64,000 nt of DNA from Myxococcota bacterium (GCA_036012755.1 DASCPX010000031.1:1-64000); one strand, 5' to 3'. Positions 28,142 through 38,061 are shown, counted from the stretch's first letter. The notes: generated by a model not told the origin, from the sequence alone. Program-made: numbers and translations.

Positions 28142-29611
28142 GTGCTGACACTCCTCGTTCTCTGGGCCTGCGAGACTCCCCGCAGCTATCCGCAGGGTCC
28201 TCGAGTCGCCCTGGTCGGGATCGACGGCGGTGACTGGGACATCCTCGACCCGATGATCGGCGAGGGACACCTCCCGAACCTGGCGAAGATCCGCCAGGAG
28301 GGCTGCACCGCGAACCTGGTCATCGACAGCGCACAGTCTCCCAACAGCTGGATGAGCATCGCGACGGGCCACCACCCCGAAGAGCATGGGATCCAGCAGG
28401 GAAACAGCGGGGTCGGCGGCACCTTCGGAGCGACCCAGGAGCAGATCAAGAAGCACCGCATCTGGGACATGACGTCGCGATGGGGACGCAGCACCTTCGT
28501 CATCAACTACTGGATCACGGCCCCGGCCTACGCCATCAACGGCGTGATGATCTCCCGGGAGGGAGACAGCGCCTTCCCGCCCGGGATCGACGGCGACCGC
28601 GGCTTCGACGTCACGCCCGCCGTCCACGCAGAGGAGATCACCCGGATGGGCGTGGGTCTGCTGCGATCGGGATCGATGCAGAGCCAGCTCGCCAAGGGCG
28701 ACTTCGATCTCATCGTGCTCCCCTTCTACGGGCACGACCAGAGCCTGCACATGCTCTACGCCGAGTGGGAGGCCGCTCAGCAGCCCGAGAAGCTCGAGGG
28801 TCTGGGCGAAACGACCCGGAAGCAGATCGTGACTGGCTTCGAGATCGTCAAGGAGACGGCCAGGCTGGGGGACGACCTCGTCGGCTGGGCGATGGACTAC
28901 GTCGGCGAGGACGGGTACGTCGTGCTCTTCTCGGATCATGGCCACACTCGGGCCAACCCGAACGAGCGGCGGGTGGCGCTGAGTCGCTCCGTCCTCGACG
29001 GTCAGCGCGGCACGATCGAGCACGGCAGCGTCCAGCTCGAGGGCGCGACGTTGAAGATCTCCCACCGGATGTCGACGCCTGTGGTGAACCCGCTCGATTA
29101 CCGGATGCGCGTGCCCGTCATCACGATCGAGAACGACCCTGACGGCACCGCGAAGGAGACCCTCCTCGCGCTCGTGACTCCAAGCGGGTCACCACTGCTC
29201 ACGACATACAGGGGTGGGGGCCTCACCGCTAGTCGGGAGCTCATCGACACCTGTGGGAGGACCCTGGGGAAGTACGAGGGACCGCAGTTCTCCTGCTTCG
29301 TCAACTCCGGGTCCCACGGGCTCGAGGATCTGGGCGTCTTTGGCGTCCTGGGGCCTGGCGTGGTCCCAGGCGAGACCACCGCCGAGGTGGAGACCGTCGA
29401 CGTCACGCCCACCGCGCTGTGGTTGATGCGACTGCCGACGGGTGAGGACCTCGCCGGCGCGCCGGTCACGCCCTGCCTCCAGGCCCCGCCCGAGGTCGCC
29501 ACCATACCGACCTACGAGACCGGCAAGCGCCCCTGGACCGCTCAGCCGCCTGGCTACCAGGACGACGTTCAGCTCCAGGAGTGGCTGAAGTCGATGGGGT
29601 ACATGGACTGA
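28142..29611 (+). CDS. Alkaline phosphatase superfamily (type I phosphodiesterase-like) lipoprotein
   Basis: VGIDGGDW, SPNSWMSIATG..HGI, SDHG, DVTPTAL, terminal LKSMGYMD; GTG start VLTLLVLWAC. Confidence 0.8.
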   Translation: MLTLLVLWACETPRSYPQGPRVALVGIDGGDWDILDPMIGEGHLPNLAKIRQEGCTANLVIDSAQSPNSWMSIATGHHPEEHGIQQGNSGVGGTFGATQEQIKKHRIWDMTSRWGRSTFVINYWITAPAYAINGVMISREGDSAFPPGIDGDRGFDVTPAVHAEEITRMGVGLLRSGSMQSQLAKGDFDLIVLPFYGHDQSLHMLYAEWEAAQQPEKLEGLGETTRKQIVTGFEIVKETARLGDDLVGWAMDYVGEDGYVVLFSDHGHTRANPNERRVALSRSVLDGQRGTIEHGSVQLEGATLKISHRMSTPVVNPLDYRMRVPVITIENDPDGTAKETLLALVTPSGSPLLTTYRGGGLTASRELIDTCGRTLGKYEGPQFSCFVNSGSHGLEDLGVFGVLGPGVVPGETTAEVETVDVTPTALWLMRLPTGEDLAGAPVTPCLQAPPEVATIPTYETGKRPWTAQPPGYQDDVQLQEWLKSMGYMD

Positions 29612-29615
29612 CGGC

Positions 29616-30128
29616 ATGTGGTGGATTCCGCTCGCACTCGCCGACGACCCACCCCGCGGCACGGGTGATGGCCTGCGCCAGCTCACCATCGAGGCTGGCT
29701 TCGACGAGGTCGCCGGCGCGACCGGGGCCCCGGTCTTCGTCGAGCACGCAGAGGTAAACGACAAGGGCGAGAGGGAACAGCCACCTCCACAGCATGAGAC
29801 AAGGGCCGCTTCCGAGCAGGGGGGGGAGACACCTCCGGGAGGCTTCCCAGACGCCGGGCCGGCCATCGTCGGGAGCGGCTCCAGCACCGAGAAGCGAGGC
29901 TTCACCTTGCAGGTCGAGGCTCCAGCAGGGGCGACAGTGGTGGCCCACATCGGCGAGTTCGAAGCCGCGCTCTCGGAGGATTCTCCGGGTGTGCACACCG
30001 GCGAGATCGGGCGCTACCCGGTCGGGCCGGCGCTCCGAATCCGGGTCGACGATGTCGAGGTCTTCACCTCTGACATAGAGCTCGACGACGACTCGATCCC
30101 ACCGACGATGCAGGTTCGCTACCAGTAG
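29616..30128 (+). CDS. Hypothetical exported protein
   Basis: Starts 4 nt after upstream stop; MWWIPLALA-D short signal; Pro/Gly linker then beta-rich domain. Confidence 0.6.
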   Translation: MWWIPLALADDPPRGTGDGLRQLTIEAGFDEVAGATGAPVFVEHAEVNDKGEREQPPPQHETRAASEQGGETPPGGFPDAGPAIVGSGSSTEKRGFTLQVEAPAGATVVAHIGEFEAALSEDSPGVHTGEIGRYPVGPALRIRVDDVEVFTSDIELDDDSIPPTMQVRYQ

Positions 30129-31399
30129 CCGTCGGCGGACTGGAGCTGGAGCGCCTCGATGCGGGATCGATCGGTCTCCGGCGGGGCCCCGGGGCCGGTG
30201 CGAACCTCTACCATGAGCGCGCGGAGCTCCTCGGCGCGCTCCGGCTGTTCCATGACGAGGTCCTCTTCTTGCAGCGGGTCACGCTCGACGTCGTGGAGGG
30301 TGAAGGCGTCTGACCCGATGGTCGCCTCGAGGAGCCCGTCGGTGAGGCGGAGGTCCAGCGAAGAGGCGTTGTGGAGGAACCACCGGAGCGCCAGGAAGTC
30401 GCTGCCCTCCCGCAGCGACAGCATGTCTCCGAACTCCGCGTAGGCGTACGGCGCCGGGTCGGGGCCCGAGGCGAGCAGGCTGCGGCCGGTCAGTCCCGCG
30501 GGGGCCACACCCCCGACGAGCTCGGCGATGGTCGGGACCAGGTCGATGAGCTCGACGACATCGTCGACCTCGCCGCGACCGGGAGCGGGCTCGAGGATCG
30601 CGAGGGGGACCCGGACCGTGCGGTCGACGATGATGCCGTGGGTGACAGCGCCCAGGTGGTCGCTCTTCACACCCGTGCGCTCGCCGAGGGAGAGGCCGTT
30701 GGTGGAGGTGACGAAGACCCAGCGATCATCCGAGGGGAGGACATCGAGCACGCGAGAGAGCCCCTCTCCGACCGAGCGGGTGACGCGCCGGTAGTCCTCC
30801 GCGACAGCGGCGAGGTCGATGCGCTCCCGCTCGGCCTTGTCGGGCTCGGGCCTGAGCGCCACGGATGGTCGGTATTGCAGCATGTGGAGGTCGCTGACCA
30901 TCACGAGGTAGAGCCTCGGCCCGGAGTGCTCGGACCACCACGCGGCCGCCGTCTCCTCGAGCACTTCCCAGTCGCTGCTGTAGCCCTTCGTCACGTCCGC
31001 GACATAGGCACCGGTCGAATAGCCGTAGGCCTTGGCGACCTCGGCCATGCCGGTGGTCCCGGGAGGGAGGGTCGAGCACCAGGGCTGCTGTGCCGCTGGG
31101 GTCAGGCTGCTGCCGCTGACCATCGCGCAGAGCGGGATCGAGCTCGGATAGCGCCCCGTGAGCATCGAGCCGAAGGAGGTGTGGGGGGTGCAGCTCTGGG
31201 CGTAGGCGGCGCTGAAGCGAGTGCTCGGCTCGTGACCGAGCGCCTCGTAGAAGACCGCCTCGGCTCCCGGCTCGCTGGTGTCCGCCCTGAGTCCGCTCGC
31301 GACGAGGATCACGATGTCCGGCTGCTCAGCGGACCCGGCGACCCTGGCCACGGGAGGGGGCGCCTCGGGGGTCGCGCAGGCCAGGACGACGAGCAGCAT
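30119..31399 (-). CDS. Sulfatase-like lipoprotein (active site appears degenerate)
   Basis: PDIVILVASGLRAD, SMLTGRYP, VRVPL, VELIDLVPTI, GRSL, DPLQEEDL; ATG directly after upstream TAG. Confidence 0.75.
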   Translation of the reverse strand: MLLVVLACATPEAPPPVARVAGSAEQPDIVILVASGLRADTSEPGAEAVFYEALGHEPSTRFSAAYAQSCTPHTSFGSMLTGRYPSSIPLCAMVSGSSLTPAAQQPWCSTLPPGTTGMAEVAKAYGYSTGAYVADVTKGYSSDWEVLEETAAAWWSEHSGPRLYLVMVSDLHMLQYRPSVALRPEPDKAERERIDLAAVAEDYRRVTRSVGEGLSRVLDVLPSDDRWVFVTSTNGLSLGERTGVKSDHLGAVTHGIIVDRTVRVPLAILEPAPGRGEVDDVVELIDLVPTIAELVGGVAPAGLTGRSLLASGPDPAPYAYAEFGDMLSLREGSDFLALRWFLHNASSLDLRLTDGLLEATIGSDAFTLHDVERDPLQEEDLVMEQPERAEELRALMVEVRTGPGAPPETDRSRIEALQLQSADGYW

Positions 31400-32251
31400 C
31401 TACGGTGCCGTCTGTCCCCGGCCGCCATCCCCCCAACAGGAGATGCGCCCGCCGTCGCTGGCACACGCAAAGTGCGAGCCGCTGCCGACCTCGTCGAAGA
31501 TGCCAGTCGGGGCGTCGCTCACCGCCCCCTCGCCATCTCCACCCCAGCAAGCGACGGTCCCGCCGGCGAGGAGCCCGCAGCCGTTGGTCACCGCGACGTC
31601 GATCTGGAGGAACTCGCCGGAGGGCGGGCTGGCCTGGGTCGCGTCGTTGCGCCCCCAGCAGTGGACCTGGCCGAGCGTGTCCAGGGCGCAGGAGAAGAAG
31701 CCCCCGACCACGAGGTGCTCCACCTCGCCGATCTCGGGGACGTCCAGCTCGCCGTAGTCGTTGCCGTCTCCCCAGCACGAGACCTCCCCGTCAACGGACA
31801 GGGCGCAGGCGTGCTCCGAGCCGATGCCGACCTCGACGAAGTCACCGCTCGGGACCTCTCCGAGGTCGCGGCCCCAACACTCGATGCCGCCTTCGAGCGT
31901 GACCCCGCAGCTCGCGCTCGTGCCCGCGTCGACATCCATGAAGCTGGTGCCAGGCGCATCGCACTGCCCCGCGGTGTCGAGCCCCCAGCACGAGGCGCGC
32001 TCGTCGCTGGTCAGCCCGCAGCTGTGGAGGACATCGCTCGAGATGGACACGAAGTCCTCTGCAGGGGCCGCGAGCTGGCCATAGGTGTCGTCGCCCCAGC
32101 AGCTGACCTCTCCATCGACGAGCGCGCAGCCGTGGTAGGAGCCCAGTGCGAGCGTACGCGCCGCAAAGGAACCCTGGGGATCGGAGACCGACGCGGAGTC
32201 ACCTGTCGCAGGAGGTCCCTTTTCCGTGCAGGCGAGGAGCAACCACGACAT
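31400..32251 (-). CDS. RCC1/BLIP-II repeat lipoprotein
   Basis: MSWLLLAC; seven repeats of the type HxCxL..G.V.CWG. Confidence 0.85.
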   Translation of the reverse strand: MSWLLLACTEKGPPATGDSASVSDPQGSFAARTLALGSYHGCALVDGEVSCWGDDTYGQLAAPAEDFVSISSDVLHSCGLTSDERASCWGLDTAGQCDAPGTSFMDVDAGTSASCGVTLEGGIECWGRDLGEVPSGDFVEVGIGSEHACALSVDGEVSCWGDGNDYGELDVPEIGEVEHLVVGGFFSCALDTLGQVHCWGRNDATQASPPSGEFLQIDVAVTNGCGLLAGGTVACWGGDGEGAVSDAPTGIFDEVGSGSHFACASDGGRISCWGDGGRGQTAP

Positions 32252-32265
32252 GGCCAGAGGATAGG

Positions 32266-33969
32266 TCAGATGCCGAGTGGTCCAGGGGTGTACGGGAGAA
32301 GCAGACCCTCGCCGACGACCACCTCCACCTCGGCGAAGCTGTCGTCCTCCCAGGTCAGGAAGACGAGCTCGGACAGCGGGCGCTCGCTCTCTACGGCAAG
32401 GCGCGACGCACCCCCATCGCGGGTCTCCGCGACGCGGATCCTCAGCCCTTGACTCTGGACCTGGTACCCGACCTCGAGCGGGGCGAGATCGAAGTTGCGG
32501 AACAGCTGCTCGAAGAGCGCGTCCCCGATGCGCCCATCGACGATCTCGAGCTCGAAGCTGTGCTCGTCGATCCACCTGACGCGATGATCTGTTGCGGCGA
32601 GCGACAGCGCCTGCCACTGCCGGGGCCCCGGAATGTCAGCGTAGGCGGCCTCCATCGGCAGGTACACGACGACGCCGGGATCGGCGATGCCGAGGAGGAC
32701 GACGTCATCGCCGTCGTAGGCGCCGACCTCCTGCTTCAGGCGGGCGAACTCGTCATCCACGTAGAGCGAGACCCCGGTCAGGACGAACCACCCGATCGGC
32801 GCGAGGCCCAGGTGCGGGATGCCGATCAGGGCGCCGAGGACGTGCCGCTTCTGCCGGTAGAGCTTCACCATCACCATGGCCAGGAGCGGGAAGAGGCCGA
32901 CCCCGGGGACCAGCAACAGCCGCACGATGGGAAAGGTCGCCATCACGGGGATCAGGGCGAGCAGGCCGCCCGGAACGAGCCACTTCAGCTCGGAGCAGCC
33001 CTCCTGATCCGAGAGCCAGCGCATCGCCCACCAGGCGCCGAAGAGGGAGACCACGCCACCGGCGATCAGGAAGGGAATGACCCTGGGTTCGACGAAGGCC
33101 GCGTCGGCAGGCAGACCGAGGATCTGGGCCCCCGACAGGATCGGGAAGCGAGACAGGGCCGCGAGGAGATAGGCGCCAAAGTCCGCACTGGGATCGATGT
33201 AGAGGCCCGAACCGTGGGTGCCGAAGGAGAGCCCCTTGTACAGCCCGGCCCAGGCGAGACCAAGGAGGACTGCTGGAGCCAGCCCACCCCACTTCGAGCG
33301 AGCAGGGCCCCAGACCTGGAAGGCGAAGAGCAGGGCAAAGACGCCCAGGGCGGCCTCTCCGCCTGCGAGACCGAGGGCCAGGCCGAGGACCGACAGGGGC
33401 AAGCCGGGCTTCCACCCATCACGCTGCCAGCGGATGTGGGCGATGAGGCCGAGCAGCGCCAGCACCAGGGCGATGATGGCGTTCCGGTTGGCGATCCAGG
33501 CCGTCGGGTACCAGTGGGCCTCGTCCACCGCGAACATGAGCGCCCCCACGTAGGCGGGCAGCGCGGGCAGCACGCGGCGGTACAAGCGCCCGACCACGAC
33601 GACGGCGGCGATGTACCAGAGCACCGAGTGGACGTGGTGCCAGAAAGGCTCGGCCCCGAAGATCCGGTGGTCGAGTGCGTGTGTGAGCGACGACAGGGGC
33701 CGCAAGAAGACGATTCGCAGGTCCGGATCGAGCCACCACGGCACGAGGCCAGCCTCGATGTGGGCGAGGTTGTCCCCAACGAAGAAGCGAAAGCAGCTCG
33801 GGAGGCCCCAGGGGTCTTCCCAGCCCTCGAAGTAGACGGGGAGGCGCTCGCCCTCGCCGAACCAGACATCCAGCGCCGAGAGGTGGAACCAGTCGTCGAG
33901 CATGAATGGCAGGGCAAGGGTCGGCAGCGAGACCAGAAGGGCCAGCGAGAGCGGAAGCCAGGCTCGCAT
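32266..33969 (-). CDS. Polytopic membrane protein, GT-C-like putative glycosyltransferase
   Basis: LDDWFH after first TM, FLRPLSSLTH, WIANRNA, GEAALG, GSGLYIDP; many TM segments plus soluble C-terminus. Confidence 0.6.
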   Translation of the reverse strand: MRAWLPLSLALLVSLPTLALPFMLDDWFHLSALDVWFGEGERLPVYFEGWEDPWGLPSCFRFFVGDNLAHIEAGLVPWWLDPDLRIVFLRPLSSLTHALDHRIFGAEPFWHHVHSVLWYIAAVVVVGRLYRRVLPALPAYVGALMFAVDEAHWYPTAWIANRNAIIALVLALLGLIAHIRWQRDGWKPGLPLSVLGLALGLAGGEAALGVFALLFAFQVWGPARSKWGGLAPAVLLGLAWAGLYKGLSFGTHGSGLYIDPSADFGAYLLAALSRFPILSGAQILGLPADAAFVEPRVIPFLIAGGVVSLFGAWWAMRWLSDQEGCSELKWLVPGGLLALIPVMATFPIVRLLLVPGVGLFPLLAMVMVKLYRQKRHVLGALIGIPHLGLAPIGWFVLTGVSLYVDDEFARLKQEVGAYDGDDVVLLGIADPGVVVYLPMEAAYADIPGPRQWQALSLAATDHRVRWIDEHSFELEIVDGRIGDALFEQLFRNFDLAPLEVGYQVQSQGLRIRVAETRDGGASRLAVESERPLSELVFLTWEDDSFAEVEVVVGEGLLLPYTPGPLGI

Positions 33970-33974
33970 GCCCT

Positions 33975-34886
33975 TCAAGACAGCGCCTCGGCCATGCCCT
34001 CGGCGATCGAACGGCTCCGGTAGCCGAGGTCTCGCTCCGCGGCAGAGTCGTCGTACTCGACCCACACGGGGACCGGGACCGGGACGATGAAGCCCCCGCC
34101 GATCCGAGACTTCATGGTCTTGAGCGCTTCATAGGGAGAGACGCTGCCACCAGCGCAGTTGTATGGGCGGCCGATGCTGGTCTCGTTCTCCAGGGCACCG
34201 GCGACCGCCGTCGCGACATCCCCCACGTGCACGTGGGGTGCTCGAAAGGTCGGAGCAAACACCAGGCGTCTCTGCAGGTAGCTCCGGTAGCGCGGGATGA
34301 ACTTGTGGTCGCGCGAGCCGTAGATCGGGCCTGGACGCAGGGCTGTCAGCTGCAGGCCGGAGTGGGCCGCGATCTCCCAGGCGCGCTCTTCCCCGAGCTG
34401 CTTGGAGAACATGTACTTGGGGTTCGTCGTGAGCGCCCCCAGCGACCACCGCGCCTGGCGCAGGTTGTTCAGCTTGGGGTGGTCTTCGCCCATGCGCGTA
34501 AACGGCCGAACCGCGTACACCCCGACCGTCGAGATGAGCACGACCCGCCGAATCGAAGCCATCGAGGCACCGTGGAGCTGGTTGGTGCAGCCTGTGACGT
34601 TGGCGCGCTCGTAGTCCTGCCAGGAGGGATCCACCCCCCGGACACTGAGGGCGGCGTTGGCGACCACGGCGTCGCAGCCCTCGAAAGCGCGGGCGAGGCC
34701 CTCTGGCTCCATGATGTCGCCCTGCGCGAGCTCGACCCCCCACTTCGAGGCCATCCACCGGCCCTTCTCCGGGCTGCGAACTACCGCCCGGACCCGAGCA
34801 CCACGGCCAACGAGGACCTCTGTGATGTGCCCGCCGAGAAAACCGGTCGCGCCCGTCACCGCGATGAGTCGACCCGAGAGCTCCAC
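33975..34886 (-). CDS. NAD-dependent epimerase/dehydratase (extended SDR)
   Basis: VTGATGFLGGH, YMFSK (YxxxK), RPGPIYG, VHVGDVA. Confidence 0.9.
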   Translation of the reverse strand: MELSGRLIAVTGATGFLGGHITEVLVGRGARVRAVVRSPEKGRWMASKWGVELAQGDIMEPEGLARAFEGCDAVVANAALSVRGVDPSWQDYERANVTGCTNQLHGASMASIRRVVLISTVGVYAVRPFTRMGEDHPKLNNLRQARWSLGALTTNPKYMFSKQLGEERAWEIAAHSGLQLTALRPGPIYGSRDHKFIPRYRSYLQRRLVFAPTFRAPHVHVGDVATAVAGALENETSIGRPYNCAGGSVSPYEALKTMKSRIGGGFIVPVPVPVWVEYDDSAAERDLGYRSRSIAEGMAEALS

Positions 34887-34920
34887 CGGCGGACGTTACC
34901 CTTGATGGGCCGGAGCCCAA

Positions 34921-35076
34921 CTGAACGACGCCGACTGGCTTCGCAAGCACCTGCGCGGAAAGGTGCAGCGAACCGCGCACGAGACCGAGTCCGAGGGACT
35001 CAAGGGCCGGGTGCGCAAGCTCGTCGCGCGGATCCTCCAGAAGGTATACAGACGCTCCTCGAAGGAGTCCCGATGA
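34921..35076 (+). CDS. Putative 51-aa basic small protein with CTG start
   Basis: GGAG-5nt-CTG; LNDADWLRKHLRGKVQRTAHETESEGLKGRVRKLVARILQKVYRRSSKESR; stop overlaps next ATG (ATGA). Confidence 0.45.
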   Translation: MNDADWLRKHLRGKVQRTAHETESEGLKGRVRKLVARILQKVYRRSSKESR

Positions 35077-35381
35077 GCAAGGTCCGCCAGATCTTCCAGA
35101 CGATGCCAGAGCGGTACCAGCCCGGCCAGCTGAGCGCCACCAAGAGCTACTACTTCTCAGTGGGTGACGAGAAGTGGTCGGTCACCTGCCACCCGGATCA
35201 CTGCGAAGCGGTCGAGGGCAGGACGGGCGACGCCGACGTCGTGCTGAAGTGCGACCCCAAGCTCTTCGAGAAGATGGTGCTCCACGGCAAGATGCCGGGC
35301 CCGCTGGACATCGCCCGGGGCAAGATCAAGACCAACGACCCCGGCGCCCTGCAGCAGATGATGAGTCTCTTCAAGATGTGA
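35073..35381 (+). CDS. SCP2 sterol/lipid-binding domain protein
   Basis: AAGGAG RBS; MSKVRQIFQTMPERYQP..ADVVLKC..FEKMVLHGKMPGPLDIARGKIK. Confidence 0.7.
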   Translation: MSKVRQIFQTMPERYQPGQLSATKSYYFSVGDEKWSVTCHPDHCEAVEGRTGDADVVLKCDPKLFEKMVLHGKMPGPLDIARGKIKTNDPGALQQMMSLFKM

Positions 35382-37069
35382 TCAGGCGGCTCTGCGAGTC
35401 CCGCAAAGCCCCACTGCTGCCGGCGCTGATCAGCACCGTCCTATGCCTGCCGGCGCTCCGTACCGGCTTCTTCGTCGACGACTGGGTCCACCGCCTCAAG
35501 ATCCTGGGCGCGCCGGGCTGGGAGACAGGGCTGCATCCGGCCCTCGAGATGTTCTCCTTCATGAAGCCGGGGGCGACCAACGACCTGCTGATCTCCAAGG
35601 GCATCCTGCCCTGGTACAGCCACCCCGAGGTGCGGGCCGCGCTGTTTCGGCCCCTGTCCTCGATGACTCACGTGCTCGACTGGCGGGTCTTCGGCGATGC
35701 CGCCGTCATGCACCACCTCCACAGCCTGGCCTGGTGGTTCCTCGGCGCGCTCTTCGTCGGGCTGCTCCTGAGGCGCAGCGTAGGCGGCACGGCCGCAGGG
35801 CTCGCCGCTCTGCTCTACGTCCTCGACGCTCACGCGATGCCGATCGCCTGGGTGGCGAACCGGAACGCGCTGATCTGTCTCGCCTTCGGGGCTGCGACGG
35901 TGTGGACGCTCATCCGCTGGCGGGAAGGCCGGGGCTCGCTGCTGCTTCCATGGACCCTCGCCGGCGTCGGGCTCCTGGCGGGCGAGGCGACCCTTGGCGG
36001 CCTCGCCTATGTGGTGGCGTGGCAGCTCACAGAGGACCGACCGTGGAAGGAGCGCCTCCTCCCACTGGCGCCCTACACCCTCCTGGTCCTCGGATGGCGA
36101 GCCCTCTACTCCCACCTCGGCTACGGCGCCGCGGGATCGGGGCTCTACATCGATCCGGCCAGGCAGCCCCTCGACTTCCTGCAAGCCGTCGTCGAGCGTG
36201 GCCCCATCCTGATGCTGGCCCAGACCTTCCAGGTGCCGGTCGATCTGTGGATTCTCTGCCCCGATCGGCCCACCTCGCCCTGACCGCTGCCGGCTTCGCC
36301 ACGTGCGCGCTCCTGATCTGGCTGTTCTGGCCTCTACGAAACGACCGTCGCGCCCGCTTCCTCGCCCTCGGCTCCTTCGGATCGCTGGTCCCCCTCTGCG
36401 CCGCCTTCCCGATGGACCGCCTCCTGATCTTCGCCGGGATCGGCTTCTTTGGCCTGCTCGCGCTTCGCTGGGAGCTCCACCGCGGGCGCGTGGCCGCCGT
36501 GCTGCTGTTGTTGGCCGGCCCCTGGTCGGCGCTGATGCTGCCGCTGCGTGCCGGCACGGTGGACCTGATGATGCGGGGCCTGGTAGCACCCGCTCTCGAG
36601 CCATCCACCGGGTCCAGAAGCGCCCGGGGAGACCTGGATCTTCGTGACCGGGCACGAGTTCACGACCTTCTACGTTCCGATCGTGCCGACGCTGCGCGGT
36701 GAACCAGCTCCGGCTGCCGTCGGGCTGCTCGCGACCTCCAGCCGGGATGTGTACGTGGAGCGCCTCGACGACCACACGCTGTCACTGGAGGTCGAACGGG
36801 GATGGCTCCACGGCACTGGCGAGCGCATCGCCCGGGACACGACGCCCTTCGTCCTGGACGAGGGCATCCAGCGCCCTGGCTTCACGGCCTACGTCAGGGC
36901 CGTGACCGCCGACGGTCGGCCCGAGACGGTGGACTTCGTCTTCGACGAGGTCCTGGAGCACCACAGCACGCGCCTGCTCTACTTCGAAGAGGGGAGCATC
37001 GAGCTCTTCTCGCCCCCACCCATCGGCGAGGTCGTGACGCTGGAGTCGAACCTGCCAGGCATCCGTTAG
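35378..37069 (+). pseudogene. Paralog of the 32266-33969 membrane protein, split by two compensating frameshifts (pseudogene or sequence error)
   Basis: GTGA start; VDDWVH, LFRPLSSMTH, WVANRNA, GSGLYIDP; homology continues in another frame from ~36255 (LVPLCAAFPMDRLL) and returns to the first frame at ~36597 (VERLDDHTLSLE). Confidence 0.75.
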
Positions 37070-37078
37070 ACCTGGGAC

Positions 37079-37768
37079 ATGCTCATCCTCCTCGCGCTGG
37101 CATGCTCCAACCAGCCCGACCAACCCGACCAACCCGAACGCACCGGGCGCTCCAAGCGGTCCAAGAAGGGCGGCAAGGGCGGCAAGGGCGGCAAGGGCGG
37201 CAAGGGCGGCAAGGGCGGCAAGGGCGAAGGGACTGAGGCCTCGACCGACGGGACCGTCCCGATCGCCGACGCGACCCTGGCTGGATCGATGCGGCTGGAC
37301 CCCGGCACCTCGACGGTGGGCTTCAAGGGCCACAAGCTCACGGGCTCGCACGAGGGCCAGTTCAACGGGATCTCAGGGACCGCCTTGGTCGACCGGGGCA
37401 GGCTCGTGATGCTCTCGGGAGAGATCGAGCTCGCCAGCGTGAAGACCGACAAGATCAAGCTCGACACCCACCTGATGGGCGAGGACTTCTTCGACGTGGC
37501 GAAGTTCCCGAGGGCGACCTTCGAGACGACCTCGGTCGAGCAAGGGGACGGCGGCTACATCATCACCGGCGACCTCGATCTGCACGGCGTCATCGAGGAG
37601 GTGAGCTTCCCGGCCACGGTCAGCGTAGGGGGACAAGCCGTCGAGATCGACGCCCAGTTCGAGCTCGACCGCCAACTCTGGGGCGTGTCCTACCCAGGCA
37701 AGCCCGACGACCTCATCCAGGACGACGTGGGCATCACGCTCGAGTTGACCTTCACCGCGGGTGGCTGA
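37079..37768 (+). CDS. YceI-like lipid/polyisoprenoid-binding lipoprotein
   Basis: MLILLALAC; STVGFKG..HEGQF, LDTHLMGEDFFDVAKFPRATF, GDLDLHGV. Confidence 0.9.
   Translation: MLILLALACSNQPDQPDQPERTGRSKRSKKGGKGGKGGKGGKGGKGGKGEGTEASTDGTVPIADATLAGSMRLDPGTSTVGFKGHKLTGSHEGQFNGISGTALVDRGRLVMLSGEIELASVKTDKIKLDTHLMGEDFFDVAKFPRATFETTSVEQGDGGYIITGDLDLHGVIEEVSFPATVSVGGQAVEIDAQFELDRQLWGVSYPGKPDDLIQDDVGITLELTFTAGG
37166..37226. repeat. 9-bp tandem repeat (aagggcggc) x6 plus partial, encodes (KGG)n
   Basis: Six perfect copies read directly. Confidence 0.95.
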
Positions 37769-37827
37769 CCAGCTCTTCGAGAGCCTGGAGCGCCATCGGG
37801 GCAGCCACCTGGGCGCCGACTACGTGG

Positions 37828-38061
37828 TCATCGCCCGGCCAGTCTCGTGACCAGAAACAGCTCGCCCAGCTCCAGCTTCAGCTCCGAGCCCGGCTCGATG
37901 ACGAGGGAGTAGGTCTCGTCGTCGTCCTCGACCACGAGACCGCAGTCCACGAGGTCTGCGAGGCTCATCGTGGCGCTCTCGTCGTCCAGTGTCCCAGCCA
38001 TGTCGGCCCGGAACCGGCTGACGATCTCGCCACCCTCCAGGCGAAAGTCCAAGAGCAACAC
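37828..38061 (-). CDS. Small acidic hypothetical protein
   Basis: 77-aa ORF filling intergenic gap; no family recognised. Confidence 0.45.
   Translation of the reverse strand: MLLLDFRLEGGEIVSRFRADMAGTLDDESATMSLADLVDCGLVVEDDDETYSLVIEPGSELKLELGELFLVTRLAGR

Noticed and set aside
37166..37226. Tandem repeats as a CRISPR array
   Set aside because: No spacers; in-frame coding repeat. No repeat-spacer array seen anywhere in the window
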